The notes under the pieces are model-generated. The model worked only from the letters and a program-made list of their open reading frames with translations, ran no database searches and was not told where the DNA came from. A stretch of DNA of 64,000 nt from the human T2T-CHM13v2.0 reference genome, Homo sapiens, in assembly GCF_009914755.1 (NCBI RefSeq), contig NC_060929.1; one strand, given 5' to 3'. Position 1 is the stretch's first letter. Each line of letters begins with the position of its first letter. Shown one piece after another: positions 1 to 22,140 of the stretch. Both the position numbers and the translations under genes were made by a program.

Positions 1-431
1 TGGAGCCTCTTTTACTGTTGGTGTGATCATTTTAACCTCAGCAGCCTTCCAAGGGAAAACCATAATCAGGTTGTTTTTATTGTCTGCAGGCTGGAGCAAA
101 TGCTGGTTTGTAAACATTGTAATGCCTCCAACTCAATAGCCTTAAGAATGTCTACCCGCATTTGAGGTATGCTTCACTGGGAGCCGTAAGAGTGTTGTGC
201 AAAAGCAATGGGGCAGCTCATCAAACCCGCAGTGTTTCAGAAATTTTCCAGCTAGAGAGGTGCTCTGGTTTAGGGGCACATTGAACAAACTTGCCTTTGT
301 TTCAGGAGAAAACACTGGAAAGGGTTTTGCTTTTTTTGTTTGGTTGCTTTTAAATTTTTGCCTTTTATTTTTCTTCATAGAACAGTTGTTTGTGGTGATT
401 TTTTTTTTCAACCAAAAAAGGATGTTTATGA

Positions 432-795
<364 letters not shown>

Positions 796-1020
796 CCGTG
801 CTACCTTTAAAAACATCTGAACAATTCAAATCAATTCAGCCAGTGGTTACAGACTCTTCCCTGGTGCCCAGAATCTGAAATGAGTAAGATTGAGGACTTG
901 CCCCACAGAAACGCACATTACAGTGGGGAGGACAAGTATGTACACAGTAACTGAAACACCAGACAGGATTTGAAGATGTTGGAAATACCAGAGGAAAAGC
1001 TGAATTCCGCTTAGGGTATT

Positions 1021-1097
1021 AGAAAGAGAAGAGAACCAGAGGGGAGGGGAAGGGAGGAGAGAGGAAGGGAGGAGAGGGGAGGGGAGGAGAGGGGAAA
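1021..1097. repeat. Polypurine (GGA/GGGGA) low-complexity tract
   Basis: About 75 nt almost purely A/G. Confidence 0.85.
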
Positions 1098-1561
1098 ATT
1101 TAAGCTGAATTTGAATAATAGGTAGAATTTCAACCATTAGATCGTTGTGGTAAGAAAAGGAATAAAATTAATCTCTTGTAAAACAAGAATTTAAAACAAA
1201 TTTTGTGCTCAGTAACAAAGTAAAACCAGTTTTTATTATTTATTTATCCATTCCATAAACATGTATTGAGTATCTATGAGGTGCCAGGCACTGTTTAGAG
1301 ATAGAGATGCATAAAATATCTTCCCTGCCCTCAGGTGAAGAGAGATGTGCACATAAAAACTTATACTACAGAGAGTCAATTATCAACAGAGGGGTGCATA
1401 AAATACTCTGGGGCACCACGGACTGGAGGGAGTCAGAGACTTCACAGAGGGACAGAGACTTGGAGGTTCAGCGGGGTATGGGTTGAGGAAAACATTATAT
1501 GCAGGGGGAATGTCATGCATTGTCATGTACAAAGACATAGAAGCATGAAACTGCATGGGAT

Positions 1562-2468
1562 TGTAGGCGAGCCAAGGGGAAATTTCCCTTCACCCTCTGC
1601 AGGTTCACTGAAAAGTCACTGACATGAAGCAGATTAATAGGAGAAAAGGCATGCAAATTTGTTTAACATGTATGCACGGAGGCTTCAGAATTAAGACCCA
1701 ACCCCCCAGTGAGGTACAGAAGCTTATCTACCATCACATCTTGATGTTACAGAAAGAATGGGGACTTGGAGCTGGGTGTGGTAGCTCACGCCTGTAATCC
1801 CAGCACTTTGGGAGGCCAAGGCAGGTGGATCACTTGAGGTCGGGAGTTGGAGACCAGCCTGGCTAACATGGTGAAACCCCCATCTCTACACAAAATACAA
1901 AAATTAGCCAGGCATGATGGCAGGTGCCTGTAATCCCAGCTACTCAGGAGGCTGAGGCAGGAGAATCACTTGAACCCAGGAGGCAAAGGTTGCAGTGAGC
2001 CGAGATTGCGCCACTGTACTCTGGACTGGGTGATAGAGCGAGAACCTTTCTCAAAAAAGAAAAAGAAAAGAAAGAGGAAAGAAAGAAAGAAGACTTGGAT
2101 CCTGGCAAAAGAGATTATGGGAGGGGGGTGGAAAGGAATTCTGTTAAGGGGCAATGAACCAATAGGGAACAGAGATTAACTTGTAAATAGGTCTCTTTGA
2201 CAGTGAAAGGTTCTGGTCTGCTCAGTTGTGGTTACATTCTTACTCTTGTAGTGGGGAAGAAAAAACAGTTGTTTTCCTTGGGTCTGCATCTTAGGCAGAT
2301 AGGAACTTCAGCTTTCCCAAAGAAGTTGTCTGTCTAAGATCCACACCCACCAAGGTCTTTGGGAACGACCATGGGGACTGGGGGGAATGTCAGTGAGACC
2401 TTGCGGTTTCTTCAGTTCAGCGTGTCAATATATCATATTCTGGAATATTGGCTGCTAAGCCCCAACAG
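1562..2468 (-). mobile_element. Solo ERV1 LTR (MER34/MER39-group-like) interrupted by an Alu
   Basis: TG...CA termini (tgtagg...cccaaca). Minus-strand start tgttggggcttagcagccaatattccagaatatg resembles MER4-group LTRs. Subfamily uncertain. Confidence 0.6.
1769..2090 (+). mobile_element. Alu (AluS-like) inside an LTR
   Basis: Full dimer with A-rich tail; flanking gacttgga repeat. Confidence 0.9.
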
Positions 2469-4029
2469 GATGTTTGTGAGACCTCAAGTACTTGGAGACA
2501 TCTCAAATATAGGGCATATGGAGGGCGGCAAGTGGGAACAGGGGAGATGAGAAATGAAGCTAGAAATAAAGCCAAGAACTAGATCTTGAGGAGCTTTCTA
2601 GACCATGCAATGGAAATCTAATTTTATCCTACAGACATTTTAATGAAGGATTTTAAGCAGGACAGTACTGTGGTAAAATCTACATTTTGGAATAATCACA
2701 CAAGTGGTTTGCTGGAGAATAAAATTGAGCTGGGAATAAAATTAAGATGGGAAGTAGGGAAGCCTGCTAGAAGGTTCTTAAAGCCACCTAGGCACAGAAT
2801 GGGATTAAGACCCTTCATCAAACCACACATGCAACTCAAAATTCAAGCAAAGCTAACCATATAAGACTAACAAAAACAAAATTCGGATTTTTCTTAGGAT
2901 GATTACCTAGATGCATTGAGAAATATATATATTGAATATAAAAGTATTTTAAGACTTTTATTTCCGCCTCTCTTGGATGCGCCTGGTCTGCTGGTGCCTT
3001 AAAGCATGTGCATCTCTACCTACTGTGGGATCCCAGGATGGAAATGTAAAAGGATTGGGGTGGTGTGGAAGTGGGAGGATCAACAGGATTGGGTGAGGGG
3101 AAGGTAGAGGACAGGAATGGCACCTAGGTTTCCTGCTTGGCCAACGGATCGCACATCATTTCTGGGTTTCTGTTCCTTATCCTTCCCAACACATGGCAGA
3201 GGTCTCCTCCCAGACAGGAATGGTCCCAACCTGTTCCTGTTGCAGAGGCCCTCTATCCTTTGAGCTTAGTCCAGGCTCCAATAGGGATTTTTAAATACTC
3301 TCACGTGAGGACCAAAAATAAATCCCTCCACAGTCTTTAAAATGCTCAGGACCAGAGTCAGCCTGTAACATACCATGGTTTCAGCACCGTCGTCATGAGG
3401 CTCCAGAAGCAACCCTGGGGCTCAGGAGAGGAGGGCTCAGCAGGACTCCCTCATTCCTTCCTCCCATCTCTAGTCCTCCTCCTTTTAGTGGCTCCTGTGT
3501 ACAAAGATAACTCAGTCCCCTCAGTCACTCTGGGACTGTGGCTCAGTGACAAAAGCAGAAGATGCAGCCTGATAGAGACACCAACTCTAAACGTCTGGGA
3601 ACAAGGCCCCAGGCAGCAGCTAAATATATCACTGCGATTGCTCCTGAATGTTCTAGAGCACCAAAGACTCTGTTAGGAAGCATATTCTCACCATGCACTT
3701 GGGTCTAGTGTTCATTGCACTGTTTCCTTTCAAGAGCCTCAAAGCCCTAACTTCAAGAGCAAACAAAAGCAAATTTAGAATGTGTACCAGATATATTCTC
3801 AATTATAGCTTCAGCTTCCCCTCTGTGTTCGCCCAGGTGCAGAGTAGAATATGGGCTCCCATATGTGCCATTTACTGTTTTTCATCAATATTTAAGCATC
3901 CACCTTTGCCAGAGGGTGTATTCAGGCAACTGGTAACTATGCCACCATTTCAACCACTTATTTGGTGCCTGATATCATTTTTTCTAAGTCCTCCTATTTC
4001 TGGATTCAAAACTTTGAAAAAAATCTCCA

Positions 4030-4966
<937 letters not shown>

Positions 4967-5391
4967 AAAAATATCTCAGTTTTGGAATGCTGGACTCGAC
5001 CATCCCAGGCATCTGAGCCAGTTGACTGTATCAGGGAGGATTCACTCACTTTTACACACATGGTTATCAGAGACAGGCCACATTCCCAGATCACAGTAGA
5101 GATATATGCATATTTTTAGCCCTTAAACCAAGAAAATCTCTGTTGTAATTATAAGTAGGCAAAACAATATCATCATCAACAATAAAAACCAGAAGTATAC
5201 ATGGTAAACTTGAAAGAACTTGAATTCCCCACTTCTACCCCAATTTCATTTCCCTCCTTCCTGGCAACAACTGGGCCTTCATTTGTGCAGAACTTTCCTT
5301 GAACTTTGCAAATATCTTTCCTTATTTATGAATAGATGTCCAATTACATGAATAGTGACTATCATGAAGCTCTCAGAAATGTGCCCATTTT

Positions 5392-5703
<312 letters not shown>

Positions 5704-6295
5704 GAAATGTGCCCATTTTGTGGACTTCACGGTTATTTAACTTACACCCTCCTTATCTTCACACTTATAATTAATTATTAAATTTCAAGCTAAAGTTGTA
5801 CAGAGGTGGGGGTAGATGTGAACTGAGAATCAGAAACCTTCTCCATGCATACTTCTGAATATTTTTATGTTCAGGCTGTGATCTTTTTGTAGTTTTCTGC
5901 ATTTAAATAATGTCCAGTCTCTAGAGCTCAAGCTTTGCTCATGAGCTGCCCTGTGAGATGACAGGTCCTCATTATCTGCTTTCACTTACCTCCTTGGGGA
6001 AATGTTTTCAGCCAAAAATACCGGGTCAATTAGCAAGTACTATGGAACAGTGTGTAATTCTCAGAAGTGGCTCCCAAAGCCCTCTGGCTCCCTGGTGAGC
6101 AACACTTAAATGCCTCTCCAACATTGTGTAATCACTTCTTCAATCAGCCGCACATCAGTTCCTGCTCTGGGGAGGGAAGTGTGCCTAATTACATTTGCCT
6201 TTCTCTTCATCACTCATGAAGGATGAAGGTCTTCTGTGCCTCCTGGGCCCAGCAGTTCTTGGAGTAGTAAAGGCTTAGCCAGCAAAAGGCCCATC

Positions 6296-6591
6296 TTTTT
6301 TTCTTTTTTCGAGATGGAATCTGGCTCTGTTGCCCAGGCTGGAGTGTAGTGGCGCAATCTCGGCTCACGCAGTCCCCGCCTCCTGGGCTCAGGTGATTCT
6401 CCTGCCTCATCATCCTGAGTAGCTGGAATCATAGGCGTGCGCCACCACGCCCAGCTAATTTTTGTATGTTTAGTAGAGACGATGTTTTGCCATGTTGGCC
6501 TGGCTAGTCCCCAGTCCCTGACCGCAAGTGATCTGCCCACCTGGGCCTCCCAAAGTGCTGGGATTACAGGCATGAGCCACCATGCCTGGTC
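6296..6591 (-). mobile_element. Alu (AluS-like)
   Basis: Full dimer; flanking ccatcttttt repeat. Confidence 0.9.
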
Positions 6592-7811
6592 CCATCTTTT
6601 CCTTTTAACAAGCAGTTTACTTTGCTTTCCCAAGCCAAGTAGACCTGCATGAGCTTTGACTTCATGATTCTTGTTCTTTAGTGGATTTACGTTATTACTT
6701 ACTACGCTCCCTTCAGTAATCCCTACGTTATTACTTACTACGCCAGTTTGGATTTGACATATTTTCTCTTCCAGAATGCAGTCCAGAATGACTGCAGATA
6801 CCTACATAATTTATGGTTTTCCTGGCTCCCCAGGAAATACATCACTGGGGATGCAGGCACTCCCCGGAGGCTTTTCTGTTTCCTATCATGATGAATATTT
6901 ATTTGATTTGAAAAAACCAACTCATTCTTTTGATCTTGGTGTACATATAGGTATATACCTATAAAGAAATGTAAATACCCTTTATTGCCATTTTATTTCC
7001 TGAGTAGCATTTTAAAATGTAGTATTGTTTTGTATGGACTAAATAAGGCTTTTTCTGAAGACCCCAGGCATGGTTTTCTGTGAAGTGAGTTGAGGAAATG
7101 GAAACTGGTGAGTCTGACTCTGTGTTTGCTCAGGGCTGGTACTAAGTGAGCCCCCTATGAATTTTGAACTGTCATTCATGATAATTGAGGAAAGAAAAGC
7201 TGTATCAGGAGAGAAATCAGATGCGATGACCATGAACACAAAAAGCTGCCTTTTTTCTCTGAGATGCAGGATGTGCATTTAAATATTAATCTCTTGAGAT
7301 GAGTGCGTTTCATATCTTTTGGTAGTGCAATAAAGAAAGGTATCAGAGCTTGAGTAAAAAGATACAGAAATATTGGCACTTAGTGCATGAAGGCTTTTTG
7401 GAAGAGGTGAGCAAGAAGTATTTTGGTAACTGCGGACAAGTCATGTAAACTTTTTGTCCTTTGTCTCCTAATCCACAAAGTGAGGAGGTAGGAGGAGAGA
7501 AGCACTGAGGTGTCTTCAATTTCTTGCCTTCCCCGATTGTATAAGTCTTTATATTTTGGACAGTTTGAGCAAAGACCAGTAGGCAGGATCTAAATAAAAG
7601 TGTGAAAATGGAGATAGTTGTTGAGAATGTAAGCTGGCTGGAAAATGTGGGCAGAGATGGGAATGACAGAAAGAGAACATAAATGGTCTGGAATCAGAAA
7701 GTTATATTTAATCCAAAAATGTGGTCAAGGTAGGAAAAGGATTTTGGGAGCCGCTGGATGGATGGTTTGCATGAAGTGAATATTTTCTAGTGTGACATTT
7801 TAATTCCTTTA

Positions 7812-9162
<1,351 letters not shown>

Positions 9163-9565
9163 TCCTCTGTCTATTTTTAATTGGGTGATATATTAGTATA
9201 TTTTGCATTGCTATAAAGGAATACCTGAGACTGGATAATTTATAAACAGACCTATTTGGCTCACAATTCTGCCAGCTCTACAAGAAGCATGGTAACATCA
9301 TCTGCTCAGCTTTTGGTGAGACCTCAGGAAGTTTGCATTCATGGTGGAAGGCAAGAGGAGCCAAGGTGGCACATGGTGAGAGAGGGAGTGAAAGAGAGAG
9401 GAGGAGGTGCCATGCTCTTTAAAACAACCAGCAATCCGTGAACTAACAGAGAGAACTCACTCACTAACACAGGGGACAACATGAAGCAATTCATGAGGGA
9501 TCCTTCCCCATGATCCAAACATCTCTCATTAGGTCCCACCTCCTTCATAATTGAGGATCAAATTT

Positions 9566-10412
<847 letters not shown>

Positions 10413-10471
10413 TGAGATTTGGAGGGGACAAATATCCAAATGATATCAGGTGATATTAAAACAATTATTGA

Positions 10472-11430
<959 letters not shown>

Positions 11431-11975
11431 CACGGTGGCTCTCTTTAATTATTTTGTAGTTATATATTTTTATTTTCTTAACATTTGCTCTAAGGCATAC
11501 AATATAAATTTTAACTTAATCAAAACCTAGTTTAGATTTATACTAACTTCATTTCAGTGGGATCCAGAAACTTTATTCCTTTGCAGCTCCATTTCCTCTT
11601 TTCCTTTGTTATGCCATTATTGTTATGTGTATTACATCTGTATATGTTAAAAATATGACACATAGTTATAATGATTACTTTATATAATGTTAAGTGCTTT
11701 GAAGAAGCCGAGAGAAGAAGGTAGTAAGCATAGGGGGGACATGAGAGAAGAAGGCAGTAAGCATAGGGCGGTCATGATAAGCCCCGAGAGTGCAGAGATG
11801 CCCTCTGCTCTGCCCTCATGACATCCCCTCTCCTGGAACAGTGTCTGCCACATATTGGTGCTCTCTTGATACACAAATGAATGAATGATGATCTCCATAT
11901 AGACATTAATAAATGAACTCACAGCGAGTCCCAATAAGGTGTGGAGATAAATAAGAGATTAAGAGAATACTGTTA

Positions 11976-12715
<740 letters not shown>

Positions 12716-13283
12716 ATACAAGTAGCTCCTTGAGGACAGGAACTATGTCTTATGCATTTTATGCCCAGCACAGTGCTTAGCATGTAGTAGATGCTCAGTA
12801 AATGTTGAATAAACGGATGAAGCATTCTGTGGTTAGTGCAGATCTTGGAGGAGGAGGCATGAGAGTTTCAGTCCCTTTGCTTTCCAAGTGGACAGACACT
12901 ACCTCTGGCTCACTCAGTGTCTATTATGGCTCTATACTGGTGCTGCTTCTGAGGTCCTGAGGCCATCTATTTTGTTTGTGAAAAAGTTCTGGCCTTGCCT
13001 TATGTCCCACATTCCCCAGGGGATTGTCAGCTCCCTTTGTGAATTCTGAGCAGGATGTCCAATCACTGAAGGGTGAGAAATACGATCTTATGGTTTAGGA
13101 CAGAGCAGAGGAAAGACAGGATGAATTTATAATAATCAAATTGGTGGGTTGCTGGGTGGGCAGTGAGAAGAGAGAGAAGAAAACTATTAGTGATAGACTA
13201 AGGCAACTGAGAGAAAACCTGTGGTATTCCACATTTATTTACTCATTCATTCACCCCTGAAACATTTATCAAAAGCCTACTTT

Positions 13284-14005
<722 letters not shown>

Positions 14006-14882
14006 TTATAAAAACATTCAGGAAATAACTATATAGCACACAGTGGTGCTTAAGAACCCTGAGGCTGGGGCCTCCCTGCCTGGGCTTGAATCCCAGCTGG
14101 GGAGAGTCACCTGATAGCATCTCCTTGTGCTGACTAAAGCTCCCTGTTCTGTAAACCTGATATATTAGCACCTACCTTCTAAAATTCTTGTAAGGATTAA
14201 ATAGTTAATACACATACAGTATCTAGAATAATGCCTACCACATAAAATGTGTTATATAAGAGCTAACTGTTATTGACATAATTATTAAGGGCCAGAATAG
14301 TTCATTGAGATTATCCTCTAAATTTCAATAAAATTTTGGATATCTCATTTTCCACATTGCCTTACTACCTAGACATTTTCATAGTAACAGCCATGTACGT
14401 ACATATCTATCATACAGCTTGAGCTATTAAGAACCAACAGCTCTCTTCTTATTAATGTTACTTTCCTTTTGTTAAATGATTACCATGGCAAAGAGCTGTT
14501 TTCTGCCTTTGAAAAATCAGCTTCACTCCAGAGGTTACCAGAACAGAGAAGAAAATCTGATAGGTGGGAAACCTTTGAGCCCCTAGATGGATAATTCAGA
14601 GGGCAGGAAAGCAGCTGCTTTTGTTTCAAATTAGGTTGATATAAATGAATTCCTGCCTGAGATTTCAGTGCTTTGGCAGATCAATGGGCTCAGGAATCAA
14701 AGGCATCAAAGGTGATGTTTCTAATGTGAATGTATGAGCCTTTTAAAACACTAATTAAAGACTGTCCCTCGTTTGTTTTATTGTGCAAAAATAGCAGCAT
14801 CATGAAAGATTCTTTTTGAGGGTTAAAAAAAAATCCATTGATTAGAAAGATACAGTAGAAAGGTTGAATACATTATTTTCAC

Positions 14883-15039
14883 TTTTTTTTTTGTCTTTTT
14901 GTTTTTTTTTTCCTTTTTCTGGAGAACGGGGTCTTGCTATATTGCCCAGGCAGGTCTCGAACTCCTGGGCTCAAGCTATCCTCCCCCCTCTTGCCTCCCT
15001 GAGAGCTGGGATTACAGGCGTGAGCCACCGCACCCGGCC
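14883..15039 (-). pseudogene. BC200 (BCYRN1) RNA retropseudogene lacking the 3' unique domain
   Basis: Reverse complement reads GGCCGGGTGCGGTGGCTCACGCCTGTAATCCCAGCTCTCAGGGAGGC...GGATAGCTTGAGCCCAGGAGTTCGAGACCTGCCTGGGCAATATAGCAAGACCCCGTTCTCCAGAAAAAGGAAAAAAAAAACAAAAAGACAAAA, with BC200-diagnostic positions. TSD tattttca at 14874-14881 and 15040-15047. Confidence 0.9.
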
Positions 15040-15172
15040 TATTTTCATCACTGAATACAAGAACCTATGCGCTGTCCCCTCACCCCTAACACCCCCAGTC
15101 GAAGTGTCCCATAATCTACCTGCATTGCTTGGACCCCTGAAGTACAGTTCATTTGTACAATTAAGATTTGTT

Positions 15173-15302
<130 letters not shown>

Positions 15303-15395
15303 TTACTGTGGAACTATAAGGTCTGTTCCAGTCAATTTCCTTAGTAGAAACACAGATTGTACAGTTGTCCCTCAGTAACTGAGGGATTGGTTTTT

Positions 15396-16232
15396 TTACC
15401 TAAAAGGAAGAAGCTGAGACAAAATTAATATAAGTAGAGGGTTCATTTGGGTCAAGTTTAAGGATTACAACTCGAGAGCACATATTCAAGTTGCCCTGAA
15501 AATACATTCTGATTAACAGCAATAACAAGTGAATTTTTTTTTTTTTTTTTTTGAGACAGCTTCTCGCTCTGTCACCCAGGCTTGGGGGCAGTGGCGCGAT
15601 CTCGGCTCACTGCAACCTCTGCCTCCTGCCTTCAAGCAATTCTCTGCCTCAGCCTCCCAAGTAGCTGCGATTACAGGCGTCCACCATCACACCCAGCTAA
15701 TTTTTGTATTTTTAATAGAGATGGGATTTCACCATCTTGGCCAGGCTGATCTTGAACCCCTGACCTTGTGATCCACCTGCCTTGGCCTCCCAAAGTGCCG
15801 GGATTACAGGCCTAAGCCATTGCGCCTGGCCACAAGTGGATTTTTAAAAGGGGGACAGATACAAAAAGAGTGGGCTGATACAAAGTTGTTTTCCAGGAAT
15901 TCTCATTCATTTACAGAAATAACATTGATTAGCGATTGACTATATATTCTTAAGCTACAGTGTCAGGGTTATAGTGGCCAGTGTGGAATTATTAGTTTAG
16001 TTTTTAGCTAATTGTGGCAATAGCAAGCAGTGTCAACAGATGATTGCATATTGCACCACTACACTCCAGCCTGGGCAACAGAAAGAGACCCTCTTTCCAA
16101 AAAAAAAAAAAAAAAAAAAAAAAAGATAACTACATAGCTCAAAAAGGTGTGATTACTGTCTTATTTTAATACCTCTCTCTGGACCTAACAATTAAAAGGA
16201 GTTGCATTCCTCAGATAAAAGTTATTTTCTTT
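15396..16232 (-). mobile_element. Solo ERV1-type LTR (MER4 group, subfamily unresolved) containing an Alu (15534-15831) and an Alu 3' stub (~16050-16124)
   Basis: aagctgagacaaaattaatataagtagagggttcatttggg...ttgcattcctcagataaaagtt resembles MER4-group LTRs. The Alu has TSD acaagtg(a/g)attttt. Confidence 0.55.
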
Positions 16233-16239
16233 TTTTTTA

Positions 16240-16648
16240 AGTTGAACAATTTTAATTAAGTTACTCGTAAGCAGTAAAATTTTATGCAGTTTCATGAAAA
16301 GTCCCATGTTTCACATGCTTAAATTATGGTTCATTGTCTTTACTTGAAGGTTTTGAAGGTGGGACCTTCTTCTGAATCTTTCTAGTGGTTGAATAAAGTA
16401 CATATTCTGGGGTGCTACTCACAGTGAATTTATGGCTTGTCCAAATAAATTTACTAGCAATAGGTGATTTTATAGGAGGATCTTCAGTCATACAGTGAAG
16501 CCAATGAAGCCACTCAAGAGGCACCAGGCTTCCATCCACATCCCAGGATGTGCTTCTGCCATTCATTTCAGTAGCGTATATAACCTCTCTGTGATGGCCA
16601 GAAAACTGCTTGTTATCTTCATAGTATTTGCTTCCTTATTTGTCTTCA
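16240..16648 (-). pseudogene. 5'-truncated processed pseudogene of complex I subunit NDUFA12
   Basis: [57 protein letters not shown]...YSTTRKIQ aligns by eye to the C-terminal two-thirds of NDUFA12. There is an in-frame stop, no introns, and a T-tract at ~16225-16238. Confidence 0.9.
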
Positions 16649-17913
16649 AAGTCAAAAAGGGTCACCACCCTTAAGAAGCTGACAGCCTGACAAGAGAGAC
16701 AGCCTGATATAAAAGTCATAACTGTACAAAGTTGTGGAGAAAACCACAATGTTAACTGCAGGTGTTGGAAGTACAAAAGAGAACTCTACATGGTTTATGG
16801 TGAGTGGGTCAGTGAGGGAAGCTTCCTGAAAGAAGTATCACTGAAATGAGTCTTAAAGGAGCAGTAGGAATTTGCAGAACGTAGGAGCATGACTGGTGCC
16901 TTCAAGTAAGAGTGGAGGAGACCAGCATGGCTGGAGTGTAGTTTCAAGGGTGTGATTGAGAATGACTTTAGGAAGGATGGGGACCATATTGGGCAGGGCC
17001 TTGAATGCCCTTTTAAGGGTTTTAGCTTTTACTCTAAGTGAGATGGGAAGCCATCAAAGGGTTTTGAGTAGAGAAGTGACATGATGTGATATTTTTAGAA
17101 GGATCTTTCTGGATGCTTTGTTAGAAACAAACCCTGTTAAAGGTGGGCAGGAGGCAGGGAAGGACAGAGGCTGTAACTGTAACAGGATCAAAAGCCAGTA
17201 GTGGCTTACACTTGATGGTAAATGACTGTGTTCTGGAAATATTTTGAAGGTAGAGCCAATGGGATTTGCTGACAGATTGGTGTATGAGAGAGAAAGAGGA
17301 GTGAGGATGTTTGGCTTCAGCTAGAAGGATGTCTTGCCATTTACCAATATGGGGAAAACTGTGAGAGGAACAAGTCTGGAGAAGAAAATCAGAAGTTTAG
17401 TTCTCATACTTTAAAGTAAATATGAGAGATTACTCCCCAAAGGACAGTAGTTTTTCCTAAAGAGGAACTAGATGGAGGACATGGTGAAGATAAAGTCATC
17501 TTCTGAGTGTCAAGTATAATGCACTCAGCATGATGCCTGTGATGGCAGGTAGAGTGGGTGGATGAACCCCTCAGTGCATGGACCCTGCTCTCAAGGACAG
17601 CTTGTGAGGAGGCTTAACTCACACAAATGAGCTAGAAAGATATGAAGTCAAGGACCAGATTATGGGATACAGATCTCAAGTGGCACAGGATAGTAGCAGA
17701 GGGAAATGTGAGTGTGGTAGTCAAAGTAGTCTGAAGTAGTCAAAGAAGGCCTCTAGAAGGCAGTGGGGGCAGGAGCCGTCCTCACAGTATGGGGATGACT
17801 TGGACAGAGTGGAAAAGGGTCAAGATTGTGAGAACAAGCAGGTTCCATTTGGGGCACAGATAATCCGTGCCTAGCTGGAAGAGTTGCTGGGAGGATTTTA
17901 AAAGAATTGGTTC

Positions 17914-20763
<2,850 letters not shown>

Positions 20764-20949
20764 TAATTTTAGCCTCTTTTTTTTTTTCTTTAAGAGCGAA
20801 GACTTCCTTTGAAATATCTCTACCTTTACCTATAGATAAACAGATACCAATTACATATAAATTTCAAGTTATAAAACTAGTTATACATGTTATAAAACCT
20901 TCAAACAACCCAGAAACAAATGGAGTAAGAAATGAAAGCCCTCTTGCAC

Positions 20950-21380
20950 AAACATTGGGTTGCCATAACAAAAGTTGAAACAATAAAGGCTTAAAGAAGA
21001 TAGAATCTTATATCTCTCACATCATAATATACAAGGTAGCAATCCTGGGTTGATCTGGTGACTGTGTAGTGATGGGTTTAGGCTCCTTCTCGGTGGCTCT
21101 GCAATTCTCAGCACATGGCTTCCATCTTGGTCCAAGGTGGCTGTTTCCATTTACCCCACTGTGTCCACATTCTAGCTAGCAGGAAGATGGGAAGAAGGAA
21201 GAGGCGAGAGGTCATGCTTCTTTTTTTAAAGGTCACAACATGGCAGTCACGTATGTCACTTGTGCTCACAGCCCATGACTGGAACTCAGATACATGGCCA
21301 AACTAAACTATAGCCAAAACTGGGAAATACAGTCCTCAGTTGGATAGCAATGTGCCCAGCTAAAACTTCTCTGTTATAAA
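20950..21380. mobile_element. Old MaLR LTR (MLT1-like)
   Basis: aataaaggcttaaagaagatagaatctta...cacatggcttccatc...catggccaaact pattern; diverged. Confidence 0.5.
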
Positions 21381-21381
21381 A

Positions 21382-21556
21382 TAGTGGTTTTCAAGTTTGG
21401 CTGCACAACAGAATCACCTGGAAAACTTAAACAAATAGACACCTCCCACTCCACAGGCCAATTCAATCACAATATTTGGGGGGCAGGGCCTAGACTTCTG
21501 CATTTTTTGAATGCTCTCTGGTGATTTTCATGCAGGTTAAGGTTGAGAACCACTGC
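21382..21556. mobile_element. MER5A-like hAT DNA transposon
   Basis: Terminal inverted repeats agtggttttcaa / ttgagaaccact with internal gaatcacctgg motif. Confidence 0.75.
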
Positions 21557-21860
21557 TATAGAAGAAAGAACAGATGAAGGGGGGATAACAACCCCCATCA
21601 CCGTCATTTTCACTCCTCCCCAATTCTGTACCTCACACTCCTTCCCCATTTGTCACCCACTAGTTCAATCTGCATTTTACCAGAGCTTTTTTTTGTGCAT
21701 GTACAAGTACGCACTACGTGCATATGCACATGGTCTGTCCTGACACCCAGTAGTGACTCCAGCATTTCTATATGGGTGTGTCTTGGAATAGTAATATTAC
21801 TAGAAGAGGCATGAGCCTCTGTATTTGCATGGCACTTTACACTAATCAAAAAATATATTA

Positions 21861-22140
<280 letters not shown>

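Noticed and set aside
6688-6743. Repeat-spacer-repeat resembling a CRISPR unit
   Set aside because: Only two copies, eukaryotic context and no cas genes; kept only as a duplication scar.
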